From positions 10,414 to 74,413 of the forward strand of contig DATDFL010000288.1 in the NCBI GenBank assembly GCA_036522595.1: a stretch of 64,000 nucleotides of DNA. Reading direction: 5' to 3'. This DNA is from Gaiellaceae bacterium. GTDB lineage: Bacteria; Actinomycetota; Thermoleophilia; Gaiellales; Gaiellaceae. Shown in pieces: positions 17,716 through 26,049 of this stretch. Within the stretch, counting starts at the first letter, position 1. Every line of letters starts with the position of its first letter. A program made the translations under genes and the position numbers. Under the pieces are notes generated by a model. That model was not told the DNA's origin and ran no database searches. It saw only the letters and a list, made by a program, of their open reading frames with translations.

Positions 17716-17778
17716 GGCGGGAGATTACTCCGGGGGCGGGGGTCCTAAACGTCCGGGCCGGGAGCCATCCTGGGCGGG

Positions 17779-18852
17779 GTGATCCAGGATCACATCCAGG
17801 AGCGCCTGGTGCGATTCCGCCTGCGGACGGTCCTGTCGATCCTGCTCACGATCATCGCCGTCGCGGTGGCCCTCGAGGTGATCTGGATCTCCCGGCACGT
17901 TCTCACATGGATCCTGATCTCGCTCTTCCTTGCTCTTGCGCTCAATCCGGCAGTCGAGTGGTTCATGCGGCATGGAGTCCGACGTCGCGGCTGGGCGACC
18001 GCGCTCACCTACTTCCTGACGCTCGCGTTCTTCGTGGGGATCGGCTTCACGTTCGTGCCGACGCTCGTCGACCAGGTCAACGAGTTCGTCCACAAGCTCC
18101 CGGACTACGTCCACGACGTCACGCACGGCCGGGGGCGCCTCGGCTTCCTCGAGACGAAGTACCACCTCCAGGAGCGCGTCGAGAAGGCGGTCAAGACGGG
18201 CGGCGCGACGAAGGTGCTCGGGCTTTCCGGAGTTGCGATCTCGGTGGCGAAGGGCGTGATCACGATCGTGGTCGCGTCGGTCACGATCGCGTTCATGACG
18301 TTCTTCATGCTCCTCGAGGGCCCGACCTGGGCAGACCGCCTCTACGGCCTGGTGCCCCAGCGCTCTCAGCCCCGGTGGCGCGCCGTGGGGCGCGACATCT
18401 ACCGCACCGTCGGCGGCTACGTGACCGGCAACCTCCTGATCAGCCTGATTGCCGGCGGGCTGACGACGGTGGTGCTCCTCATCATGGGCGTGCCGTATGC
18501 GGTCGCGCTCGGGTTGATCGTCGCGATCCTCGATCTCATCCCGCTGGCCGGCGCGACGATCGCCGCGATCCTGATCGGGGTCGTCGCCTTCCTGCACTCG
18601 ATCCCCGCCGGAATTGTGGTGGTCGTCTTCTTCGTCGTCTACCAGCAGGTCGAGAACCACCTCCTGCAGCCGGTCATCTACGGGCGGACGGTGCAGCTCT
18701 CGCCGCTAGCCGTGCTGGTCTCGATCCTGATCGGAGCGGAGCTCGCAGGCATCCTCGGGGCGCTGGCGGCGATTCCCGTCGCGGGCTCGATCCAGGTGCT
18801 GATCCTCGACTGGCGCAAGCACCGGCACGAGCGGCCGGAAGCAGCTCTTTAG
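17779..18852 (+). CDS. AI-2E family transporter (PerM/UPF0118)
   Basis: Multi-pass membrane protein with the family-typical GNLLISLIAGGLTTVVLLIMGVPYAVALGLIVAILDLIPLAGATIAA segment. Confidence 0.85.
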   Translation: MIQDHIQERLVRFRLRTVLSILLTIIAVAVALEVIWISRHVLTWILISLFLALALNPAVEWFMRHGVRRRGWATALTYFLTLAFFVGIGFTFVPTLVDQVNEFVHKLPDYVHDVTHGRGRLGFLETKYHLQERVEKAVKTGGATKVLGLSGVAISVAKGVITIVVASVTIAFMTFFMLLEGPTWADRLYGLVPQRSQPRWRAVGRDIYRTVGGYVTGNLLISLIAGGLTTVVLLIMGVPYAVALGLIVAILDLIPLAGATIAAILIGVVAFLHSIPAGIVVVVFFVVYQQVENHLLQPVIYGRTVQLSPLAVLVSILIGAELAGILGALAAIPVAGSIQVLILDWRKHRHERPEAAL

Positions 18853-18882
18853 AAACCGAACGAACCTGCCGATGGCCTCTTC

Positions 18883-19416
18883 GTGCTCCGAGGGATTCGC
18901 ATTGCCGCACTGGCCGGGATCGTGGCCGTGCTGCTCGTCCCGGCCAACGGTTCCGCCGGCCGGAACAGCGGCGTCAAGCGCGTCAGCACCCTCGACTCGG
19001 CCCTTCTCGTCCAGGTGAATTCCTTCCGCCTCGCGCACGGGCTTGCCCCGCTCCGCGTCTCGCCGTTCCTCGGCGCGGCCGCGCGAGCGCATTCGACCCA
19101 GATGGCCCGCCTCGGGTACTTCAGCCACAACTCGGCGAACGGCAGCGCCTTCTCGAGCCGGATCGCCACGTACTACCCCGCCCGCGGCTACCGCAGCTGG
19201 ACGGTCGGAGAGAACCTGCTCTGGGCCTCGCCGGACGTCGGCGCCGCCCGGGCGCTCAAGCTCTGGCTCGCGAGCCCGCCGCACCGCGCGAACCTCCTGA
19301 ACCCGCGCTGGCGCGAGATCGGCCTCGCCGCCGTTCACGCGAACCGCGCGCCCGGCGTCTACGGCAACAGCCCGACGACGATCGTCACCGCCGACTTCGG
19401 CGCCAGAACCCGCTAA
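18883..19416 (+). CDS. secreted CAP/SCP (YkwD-like) domain protein, paralog of 3829-4302
   Basis: Signal peptide is present. Motifs: FRLAHGLAPL, YFSHNS, VGENLLWAS, LWLASPPHRANLLNPRW, TADFG. Confidence 0.8.
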   Translation: MLRGIRIAALAGIVAVLLVPANGSAGRNSGVKRVSTLDSALLVQVNSFRLAHGLAPLRVSPFLGAAARAHSTQMARLGYFSHNSANGSAFSSRIATYYPARGYRSWTVGENLLWASPDVGAARALKLWLASPPHRANLLNPRWREIGLAAVHANRAPGVYGNSPTTIVTADFGARTR

Positions 19417-19419
19417 TCA

Positions 19420-19466
19420 ACCGTTGAAAGTCCGGCCGCTTCCCGGCCATGATGACTTTCAACGGT
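19420..19466 (+). terminator. long hairpin terminator after the CAP gene
   Basis: Perfect 13-bp arms ACCGTTGAAAGTC / GACTTTCAACGGT enclose an inner GGCCG/CGGCC stem and are followed by CTTT. Confidence 0.6.
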
Positions 19467-19561
19467 CTTTGGCTCCTACCGGAGTAGCCGGTGTGAGCCG
19501 CAGCCGCGTATGTCGGCTGCGGCGCCGAGAGCAGGGCGAACCGGCGGTACCCTTTGATTGC

Positions 19562-19633
19562 GCGCCCGTAGCTCAGAGGAAGAGCGGCGGCCTTCTAAGC
19601 CGTTGGTCGGGGGTTCGAATCCCTCCGGGCGCA
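19562..19633 (+). tRNA. tRNA-Arg (anticodon TCT)
   Basis: Acceptor GCGCCCG/CGGGCGC, anticodon loop CTTCTAA, T arm GGGGG TTCGAAT CCCTC. Confidence 0.9.
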
Positions 19634-19646
19634 TGGCGACCGAGCA

Positions 19647-19856
19647 TCAACGTGTCTGATGCTTCAAGATCTTGCGCGCCTCGGAAAGGTCGGTCTCGTC
19701 AACGATGATCTCCGTCGGCGATCCGGCGACCGGGTAGACGCTCGAGATCATCACGGTGTTCTGAGGAAAGGCCTTGATGCCGTGTTTCCTCAGCAGACCG
19801 CAGATGATCTGAGCCTCGGCTTCGCTCGAAACCGTCGTCAGCGTCGCAAGCCCCAC
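19647..19856 (-). CDS. small DUF2007-like (putative signal-transducing) protein, 69 aa
   Basis: SSEAEAQIICGLLRKHGIKAF ... DLSEARKIL matches my recollection of the DUF2007 pattern. Its GC content is lower than that of its neighbours. Confidence 0.55.
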   Translation of the reverse strand: MGLATLTTVSSEAEAQIICGLLRKHGIKAFPQNTVMISSVYPVAGSPTEIIVDETDLSEARKILKHQTR

Positions 19857-19915
19857 TGCCTCGAGCGTACCGCCACCACGTGTTTGAATCGTCGCGGCTG
19901 GGAAGTACGGCGGCG

Positions 19916-20215
19916 ATGGGATTCGTTATCAGCCTGATCCTGATCGCCTTCGGGGCGATCCTGGCCTGGGCCGTCAACTCGAACGGCGGCACCGTCGACC
20001 CGCAGGTCGTCGGCGTGATCCTGATGGTCATCGGGATCATCGTCTTCGCGCTCTCGATCGTGCTCTGGAACAGCTGGTGGGGCGCCGGCTTCTGGGGCGG
20101 CATGTACGACGAGGGTCCCGGTGCACCGGCGGTGCGCAGGCGCGTCTATCGGCCGTACACGAGGCGCCGCACGACGACGTACGTCGAGGACGAGCCCCCG
20201 CCGCCGGGGCCGTAG
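19916..20215 (+). CDS. small two-TM membrane protein (DUF6458-like) with a Pro/Arg-rich tail
   Basis: ATG at 19916 gives MGFVISLILIAFGAILAWAV ... VVGVILMVIGIIVFALSIVLW. The family name is from memory only. Confidence 0.6.
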   Translation: MGFVISLILIAFGAILAWAVNSNGGTVDPQVVGVILMVIGIIVFALSIVLWNSWWGAGFWGGMYDEGPGAPAVRRRVYRPYTRRRTTTYVEDEPPPPGP

Positions 20216-20246
20216 GACAAGGAACCGAGAGAAGGAGGGGTTTCCT

Positions 20247-20828
20247 GTGGCGAACAAGCTGCAAGGCAAGCGCGTGGCGTTTCTCGCCACCGACATGGTG
20301 GAGCAGGTGGAGCTGACCGAGCCCTGGCAGGCGGTCAAGGACGAGGGCGCGGAGGTCGAGCTGATCTCGCTCGAGGAGGGTGAGATCCAGGGCTTCAACC
20401 ACTACGACAAGGCCGACACGTTCAAGGTCGACCGCACCGTCGAGGAGGCGCGGGCCGACGACTACGACGCCCTCGTGATCCCGGGCGGCGTCGGCAACCC
20501 CGACACGATGCGGGCGAACGAGAACGCCGTTCAGTTCGTGCGCGACTTCTTCCAGCAGGGCAAGCCCGTCGGCGTGATCTGCCACGGGCCGTGGATGCTC
20601 GTCGAAGCGGGCGTCGTGCGCGACCGCAAGGTGACGTCGTGGCCGGGCATTCAGACCGACATCCGCAACGCGGGCGGCAACTGGGTCGACGAGGAGGTCG
20701 TCGTCGACCAGGGTCTCGTCACCAGCCGCAAGCCGGACGACCTGCCGGCGTTCAACGCGAAGATCGTCGAGGAGTTCTGCGAGGGGCGGCACGAGGAGCA
20801 GGCCGCCTCGGTGCAAGCCGACCGATGA
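20247..20828 (+). CDS. DJ-1/PfpI family protein (type 1 glutamine amidotransferase-like / intracellular protease)
   Basis: GTG at 20247 follows a GAAGGAGGGG SD. The nucleophile-elbow motif is PVGVICHGPW, followed by LVTSRKPDDLPAF. Confidence 0.88.
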   Translation: MANKLQGKRVAFLATDMVEQVELTEPWQAVKDEGAEVELISLEEGEIQGFNHYDKADTFKVDRTVEEARADDYDALVIPGGVGNPDTMRANENAVQFVRDFFQQGKPVGVICHGPWMLVEAGVVRDRKVTSWPGIQTDIRNAGGNWVDEEVVVDQGLVTSRKPDDLPAFNAKIVEEFCEGRHEEQAASVQADR

Positions 20829-20879
20829 GCCCGCCGGTCGGCCGGCGTCTATCTTCTGGATCGACAGAAGGAGGAAGAG

Positions 20880-21617
20880 ATGCCGGAGCACAAGACCGGA
20901 ACGCGCGCTGAGTGGCAGGCCGCCCGGGACGAGCTCGCGAAGCTCGAGGGCGAGCAGGCGCAGCTGAACGAGAAGGTCACCCAGAAGCGGCGCGAGCTGC
21001 CCTGGGTGCCCGTCGAGAAGGAGTACGAGCTCGACACCGAGGACGGCAAAAAGACCCTCGCGGAGCTCTTCGACGGTCGCTCGCAGCTCCTCGCCTACAA
21101 CGTGATGTTCGGGCCCGACTACGAGAACGGGGCCTGTCCGGGCTGCACGAGCCTCGCCGACGAGCTGAGCGGCGGGCTCGTCCATCTGAACCACCGTGAC
21201 GTGACCCTGATCTGCTTCTCGCGGGCGCCGATCGAGCGCCTCGCTGCCTACAAGAAGCGGATGGGCTGGGAGTTCCCCTACGTCTCGACCTACAACAGCG
21301 ATTTCCCCTTCGACTTCGGGCTCGCGCTGACGGAAGAGCAGGCGCAGGAAGTTCCCGAGGTGAAGGAGATGATCGAGAATCCGCCGGAGTTCCTCGAGGA
21401 GTGGTCGAAGCAAGTCGGCGCGGAGCTCAAAGACGGGCTGCGGGAAGCTCCGAGCTGGATCGCGTTCGCCCGGGAGAACGGAACCGTCTACCACACGTAC
21501 ACGGTGATGGCACCCGACCCGTTCGTCGCGCCGTACTTCAGCTTTCTGCTCGAACGTACCCCGATCGCCCCGCCCGAAGAGCCCCGAGCCTGGCGCAAGG
21601 ACGAGTACCCGGACTAA
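20880..21617 (+). CDS. DUF899 thioredoxin-fold protein
   Basis: REEW-type N-terminus (TRAEWQAARDELAKLE), RRELPWVPVEKEYELDTEDGKKTLAELFDGRSQLLAYNVMFGPD and CPGC. An AAGGAGGAAG SD precedes the start. Confidence 0.85.
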   Translation: MPEHKTGTRAEWQAARDELAKLEGEQAQLNEKVTQKRRELPWVPVEKEYELDTEDGKKTLAELFDGRSQLLAYNVMFGPDYENGACPGCTSLADELSGGLVHLNHRDVTLICFSRAPIERLAAYKKRMGWEFPYVSTYNSDFPFDFGLALTEEQAQEVPEVKEMIENPPEFLEEWSKQVGAELKDGLREAPSWIAFARENGTVYHTYTVMAPDPFVAPYFSFLLERTPIAPPEEPRAWRKDEYPD

Positions 21618-21643
21618 CTGCTCGCGACTAGATCCAAGGACGT

Positions 21644-21672
21644 GCGCGAGGGCGGCGGTGCCGCCCTCGCGC
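21644..21672. terminator. bidirectional hairpin between convergent genes
   Basis: Perfect 13-bp stem GCGCGAGGGCGGC / GCCGCCCTCGCGC with a GGT loop. Confidence 0.55.
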
Positions 21673-21683
21673 GTGAAACGGCG

Positions 21684-22202
21684 TTACTGGTGCTTGACCT
21701 TGCCCGAGACGCACTTGCCGAACGCGTTCGACTTGTTCTTGTTCGTCCCGTAGTGGTCCTTGAAAGCGGCCGGGTCGGCCTGACGCTCGGCCCAGCACTG
21801 CTTGGCGGCGTTCTCGGTCGCCTGCTGCTGCGCGTGCGATGCGGCCTTGGCCTTCTGGGACACGCACCTGCCGAACGCATTGGCGTGGTTTTTGCCCGTG
21901 CCGTACTGGGCCGCGAAGGCGGCCGGATCGGCGGAGCGCTCGGCGCGACACTGCGAGGCCGCATTCGAGCGATTCTGCTCATTCTGCTGCGCGAGCTTCG
22001 AGACGCACTTGCCGAAGGCGTTCGAGCGGTTTGCGTTCGTGCCGTAGAGCAGCTTGAACGACGGGGTGCCCATCGCCGTGCGCTCGGCGCGGCACTGAGT
22101 CATCGCGGCGGCATGGTCGGCCGCGCTGGGCTGCGATTTCGCCGCCGCCCAAGCCGGAACGGCCAGTGCGACAACGAGGGGGATAAAGATGAGTTTCCGC
22201 AT
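21684..22202 (-). CDS. secreted protein made of three ~50-aa Cys-bracketed repeats
   Basis: ATG at 22202 (GGAGA SD) gives the signal peptide MRKLIFIPLVVALAVPAWAA. Then the unit QC(R/W)AER..F...YGT(N/G).N..NAFG(K/R)CVS occurs three times. The longer ORF to 22367 would overlap tRNA-Arg. Confidence 0.7.
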   Translation of the reverse strand: MRKLIFIPLVVALAVPAWAAAKSQPSAADHAAAMTQCRAERTAMGTPSFKLLYGTNANRSNAFGKCVSKLAQQNEQNRSNAASQCRAERSADPAAFAAQYGTGKNHANAFGRCVSQKAKAASHAQQQATENAAKQCWAERQADPAAFKDHYGTNKNKSNAFGKCVSGKVKHQ

Positions 22203-22309
22203 GGAGGGTCTCCTTTTGGGGTGTCCTCCAAAGGAACCCGCCGGGCGCTGATTCCTGCGGTGTGCAGGAAAAACCCCTCGTTCGAGTTCTCTCGCCCGGG
22301 GCTTATCGA

Positions 22310-22381
22310 TGGCCCCGGGAGGAGTCGAACCTCCGCACACGGATTCGAAGTCCGTCGCTCTATCCACTGAGCTACGGGGCC
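22310..22381 (-). tRNA. tRNA-Arg (anticodon TCG)
   Basis: The reverse complement reads GGCCCCG TA GCTC AGTGGATA GAGC G ACGGA CTTCGAA TCCGT .. GGAGG TTCGACT CCTCC CGGGGCC A. Confidence 0.9.
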
Positions 22382-22430
22382 GGCCGAGACCAGTTTGCCA
22401 CGCGAGGCGAGCTATCCTGTCTCCGCTCGC

Positions 22431-22504
22431 GGTGGCGGTAGCTCAGTTGGTAGAGCCCCGGGTTGTGGTCCCGGTGGTCGGGGGTTCGAGTCCCCTCCGC
22501 CACC
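22431..22504 (+). tRNA. tRNA-His (anticodon GTG) with encoded G-1
   Basis: G-1 plus acceptor GTGGCGG/CCGCCAC, anticodon stem CCGGG/CCCGG with loop TTGTGGT, discriminator C. A TATCCT box lies 13 nt upstream. Confidence 0.92.
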
Positions 22505-22513
22505 CTCGCGGCG

Positions 22514-22720
22514 CTAGGCGGCGCTGAGGTCAGCAGGCAAGTAGCGCCTGATCAAGGCGTCAACGAGATCCTGCTGCCGCTGGACCAGCTCGACCCGGTT
22601 CCGCTCGAGCGCGTCGCGCTCCGCACCGACGGTGCGAAGGGTCTGGCGCTCGTAGACCAGCCCGCGAATGTCCTCCGCGAGCGACTCGACCGTTGGGAGA
22701 TGAATGACTTCAGCAGACAT
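22514..22720 (-). CDS. hypothetical small protein (68 aa, predicted helical)
   Basis: ORF MSAEVIHLPTVESLAEDIRGLVYERQTLRTVGAERDALERNRVELVQRQQDLVDALIRRYL. I recognise no family. Confidence 0.4.
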   Translation of the reverse strand: MSAEVIHLPTVESLAEDIRGLVYERQTLRTVGAERDALERNRVELVQRQQDLVDALIRRYLPADLSAA

Positions 22721-22795
22721 CGACGAGATAGACGCGCTCGCCGAGGGATGGTTAGAGACAACTTCGCAAAGTTTTTGTGAAGCTTGTCCGGCGCT

Positions 22796-22945
22796 CTAGC
22801 TGTCTTCGTCGTCGCGTTCCGGGAGCCGTTCCTTGACGTCCTCGGCGAGCTCGCGGCGCTCGGCCGATTCCTGCTCGTTGAGCTCCTCGTACTTCGTCTG
22901 GTCGGACTCCTGGCTCTCGCGCTCGCGTTCGGCTGGATTGCTCAT
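22796..22945 (-). CDS. hypothetical highly acidic micro-protein (49 aa)
   Basis: ATG at 22945 behind GAGGG gives MSNPAERERESQESDQTKYEELNEQESAERRELAEDVKERLPERDDEDS. The longer ORF to 23164 would run through tRNA-Leu on the opposite strand. Confidence 0.4.
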   Translation of the reverse strand: MSNPAERERESQESDQTKYEELNEQESAERRELAEDVKERLPERDDEDS

Positions 22946-22980
22946 GGCACCCTCGTTCTCGGATCTATCCTTCTCGAAAC

Positions 22981-23066
22981 GCGGGCGTGGCGGAACTGGC
23001 ATACGCGATGGGTTTAGGTCCCATTGGAGCGCAAGCTCCTTGGAGGTTCGAGTCCTCTCGCCCGCA
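22981..23066 (+). tRNA. tRNA-Leu (anticodon TAG), long variable arm
   Basis: Acceptor GCGGGCG/CGCCCGC, anticodon stem ATGGG/CCCAT with loop TTTAGGT, variable arm TGGAGCGCAAGCTCCTTG. A TATCCT box lies 9 nt upstream. Confidence 0.9.
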
Positions 23067-23069
23067 TCG

Positions 23070-24005
23070 ATGATCGCGCACTGGGACGAGGTCGAGAGCA
23101 ACCGCCGCGAGAAGGGGCCGATGGCTGCAACCTGGCAGCGGCTCGGGGACGCGGCGGGCGCCACCGGTTTCGGGCTGAACCGTGTCCGGGTCGAGCCAGG
23201 GCGGCTGCCGACGCCGCCGCACTCGCACGGGCTCTCCGAGGAGATCTACTTCGTCCTCAACGGCTCCGGGCTGCTCTGGCAGGACGAGCAGGTCTGCGAG
23301 GTTCGGGCCGGGGACACGATCGTCCAGACGGCCGACCACTACGAGCACACGTTCAAGGGCGGGCCCGACGGGCTCGACTATCTCGTCTTCGGCACGCGGC
23401 ATCCGGTCGAGTACGGCTGGCTGCCCCGGTCGCGCGCGATCCGGCTGAGCTACCCCTGGGTCGAAGGACGCGCGGACGATCCGTGGGACGTCGAGGCGAT
23501 GGTCGGCGACCTCGAGTTCGGCGAGCCGGGCGAGCGGCCGGCCAACGTCGTCGCACTCGAAGACGTTCCGTTCGACGAGTACGGCGACCGGGCTCTCGGC
23601 GCGGCCGCCGGTTCCGAGGCGAGCGGGCTGAACTGGATCCCGCGCGAAGAGGGAAAGCGTGGCTGCCCGCCTCACTGCCACTCGGCCGAGACGGAAGGGT
23701 TCGTCGTGCTCGAGGGGGGCGGCACGCTCGAGCTCCTGCCGGCGAACGTGGCGGCGGCGCGGGGCGGGAAACGCGAGGAGCACGAGCTGCGGACAGGCAG
23801 CGTCTTCGCGCGGGCGCCGGGCTCCCGGATCGCCCACTCGATCATCGCGGGCTCGGAAGGGATCACCTACCTTGCCTACGGCACACGCGAGCCGAACGAC
23901 ATCGCGTACTACCCGCGCTCGAACAAGGTCTACTTCCGCGGCGTCGGCCTGATGACCCGGCTGGAGCACCTCCCGTACGAGGACGGCGAGCCCGACGATT
24001 GGTAG
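23070..24005 (+). CDS. bicupin (two cupin domains) protein
   Basis: MIAHWDEVE... then PHSHGLSEEIYFVLNGSG and a second PPHCHSAETEGFVVLEGGG barrel. The ATG is only 4 nt after the tRNA-Leu 3' end. Confidence 0.75.
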   Translation: MIAHWDEVESNRREKGPMAATWQRLGDAAGATGFGLNRVRVEPGRLPTPPHSHGLSEEIYFVLNGSGLLWQDEQVCEVRAGDTIVQTADHYEHTFKGGPDGLDYLVFGTRHPVEYGWLPRSRAIRLSYPWVEGRADDPWDVEAMVGDLEFGEPGERPANVVALEDVPFDEYGDRALGAAAGSEASGLNWIPREEGKRGCPPHCHSAETEGFVVLEGGGTLELLPANVAAARGGKREEHELRTGSVFARAPGSRIAHSIIAGSEGITYLAYGTREPNDIAYYPRSNKVYFRGVGLMTRLEHLPYEDGEPDDW

Positions 24006-24051
24006 CCCCGAGCCCGGCAGCCCCAATCGCTTTGCTTGAATGGGCCGGGCG

Positions 24052-25404
24052 ATGGCGACGCAGGTCGAGGAGCTTTCGGACAATCGGGTTCGGCTGACGG
24101 TCGAGGTCCCCCAGGCCGACCTTCAGCACGCGCTGGAGCATGCCTTTTCCGACCTCGCGCGCTCGGTCAAGGTTCCCGGGTTCCGGAAGGGCAAGGTGCC
24201 GACGCAGGTGCTCGAAGCGCGGATCGGCAAAGAGCGGATCTTCAGCGAGGCGGTCGAGAGCCACATCGGCGGCTGGTTCCTGAACGCCGCCGCGAGCACG
24301 CGCATCCGGCCGGTTGCGGCGCCCGAGTACGACTACGACCTACCCGAGTCCGACGACCAGCAATTCAGCTTCACAGCGACCGTCTCCGTTCAGCCGAAGC
24401 CCGAGCCGGCCGACTGGACGAAGCTCGAGGTCGGCTACGCGGAGCCGGAGATCCCGGCCGAGGTCGTCGACGGGGAGCTCGAGGAGCTGCGCTCGTCCGT
24501 CGCCGAGCTCGCCCCTGTCGAGGACCGTCCCGCCCGGACCGGGGACGTGGTCGTGATCGACGTCCTCAACCCGGACGGCGAGGGCCAGCGCGACCTGGTG
24601 GTCGAGCTCGGAGCCGGTCGTCTCGTCGAGGAGCTCGAGCGCGCGCTCATCGGAACTTCGCCCGGTGAGGCGAAGGAGGTCGACCTCCCGCAGCCCGACG
24701 GCTCGTCGATCGCGGCGAGCATCGCGCTCAAGGAGCTGAAGGAGAAGGTGCTGCCCCCGCTCGACGACGAGCTGGCGCGCGCCGCGAGCGAATTCGACAC
24801 GCTCGAGGAACTGCGCGGGGACATCGAGCAGCGCATCCGTGACGTGCTCGAGGAGGAGGCCGAGACCGCCTTCCGGGCGGACGCCGTGGACTCGCTGGTG
24901 CGGGAGAGCGGCGTCGAGGCCGCGGGGCCGCTCGTCGAGGCGCGGACTCGCGAGCTTCTGAACGCGCTCGTCCGCTCGCTCGAGCGGCGCGGGATCAGCG
25001 CCGACGCCTACCTCCAGCTGACCGGGCAGACCGGCGACCAGCTCGTGGAGCAGATTCGCACCGAGGCGCAGCTCTCGGTCGGACGTGAGCTCGTGCTCGA
25101 GGCCGTCGCCGACAAGCTCGAGCTCGACGTGGACGACGCCGAGATCGAGGAGCTGATCCGCGAGCAGGCCGAGACGCACGGCGACGACGCCGACGAGGCC
25201 ATCGCGCGGGTCTTCGAGAGCGACGGCGTCGAGACGCTGCGCGCCGACCTCCGCCTGCGCAAGGCACTCGACCGCGTGGCCGCCGAGGCGCAGCGCGTCC
25301 CCGCAGAGGTCGCGCGTGCGCGCGAGAGCATTTGGACCCCCGACAAGGAATCCCAACCGACCGAGACGAAACTGTGGACCCCCGGCAGCAAGGAGCCAGC
25401 ATGA
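24052..25404 (+). CDS. tig: trigger factor
   Basis: [20 protein letters not shown] ... [12 protein letters not shown] signature, followed by PPIase-like and C-terminal arm regions. An alternative ATG lies at 24040. Confidence 0.93.
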   Translation: MATQVEELSDNRVRLTVEVPQADLQHALEHAFSDLARSVKVPGFRKGKVPTQVLEARIGKERIFSEAVESHIGGWFLNAAASTRIRPVAAPEYDYDLPESDDQQFSFTATVSVQPKPEPADWTKLEVGYAEPEIPAEVVDGELEELRSSVAELAPVEDRPARTGDVVVIDVLNPDGEGQRDLVVELGAGRLVEELERALIGTSPGEAKEVDLPQPDGSSIAASIALKELKEKVLPPLDDELARAASEFDTLEELRGDIEQRIRDVLEEEAETAFRADAVDSLVRESGVEAAGPLVEARTRELLNALVRSLERRGISADAYLQLTGQTGDQLVEQIRTEAQLSVGRELVLEAVADKLELDVDDAEIEELIREQAETHGDDADEAIARVFESDGVETLRADLRLRKALDRVAAEAQRVPAEVARARESIWTPDKESQPTETKLWTPGSKEPA

Positions 25405-26012
25405 GCCCGTTGATCCCGATGGTGATCGAGCAGACCTCGCGCGGCGAGCGCGCGTTCGACATCTACTCGCGACTCTTGAACGAGCGCATCATCTTTCTCG
25501 GCACGCCCGTCGACGACCAGATCGCCAACCTGATCATCGCCCAGCTTCTCCACCTCGAGTCCGAGGACCCGGACAAGGACGTCAGCATCTACATCAACTC
25601 GCCGGGCGGCTCCGTGTACCACGGGCTCGCGATCTACGACACGATGCAGTTCATCAAGCCCGACGTGCAGACCATCTGTGTCGGCACCGCGATGTCGATG
25701 GGCGCGCTCCTTCTTGCCGGCGGCGCGAAAGGAAAGCGGATGGCGCTGCCGAACGCCAAGATCCTCATCCACCAGGTTTGGGGCGGCTTCCAGGGGCAGG
25801 CGACCGATATCGAGATCCACGCCCGAGAGACGATCGCCCTCAAGCGCCGACTCGAGGAGATCATGAGCGAGCACACCGGCCAGAACATGGACAAGGTCAG
25901 CAAGGACATGGAGCGCGACTACTTCATGACGCCGCAAGAGGCCCAGGAGTACGGCATCATCGACAACGTCATCATTCACCGCGACAGTTCGAAGGACGGG
26001 GCGAAAGCCTAG
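25401..26012 (+). CDS. clpP: ATP-dependent Clp protease proteolytic subunit
   Basis: ATGA overlap with the tig stop and an [26 protein letters not shown], catalytic Ser context [11 protein letters not shown] and DMERD. Confidence 0.96.
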   Translation: MSPLIPMVIEQTSRGERAFDIYSRLLNERIIFLGTPVDDQIANLIIAQLLHLESEDPDKDVSIYINSPGGSVYHGLAIYDTMQFIKPDVQTICVGTAMSMGALLLAGGAKGKRMALPNAKILIHQVWGGFQGQATDIEIHARETIALKRRLEEIMSEHTGQNMDKVSKDMERDYFMTPQEAQEYGIIDNVIIHRDSSKDGAKA

Positions 26013-26049
26013 CCTGGCAAGTAGGCCGATTCCGAGGTAAAAGAAGACA

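Noticed and set aside
22203-22367. N-terminal extension of the triple-repeat protein ORF
   Set aside because: It overlaps tRNA-Arg(TCG) on the same strand. The ATG at 22202 gives a proper signal peptide and SD.
4445-23066. tRNA genes as integration sites of genomic islands or prophages
   Set aside because: I found no integrase, recombinase or transposase ORF, no direct repeat of a tRNA 3' end, and no phage-like genes next to any of the eight tRNAs. Flanking genes have ordinary composition.
22833-23069. N-terminal extension of the cupin ORF, and the 122-aa version of the acidic ORF
   Set aside because: Both run across tRNA-Leu. The shorter models fit conserved N-termini or SD sites.
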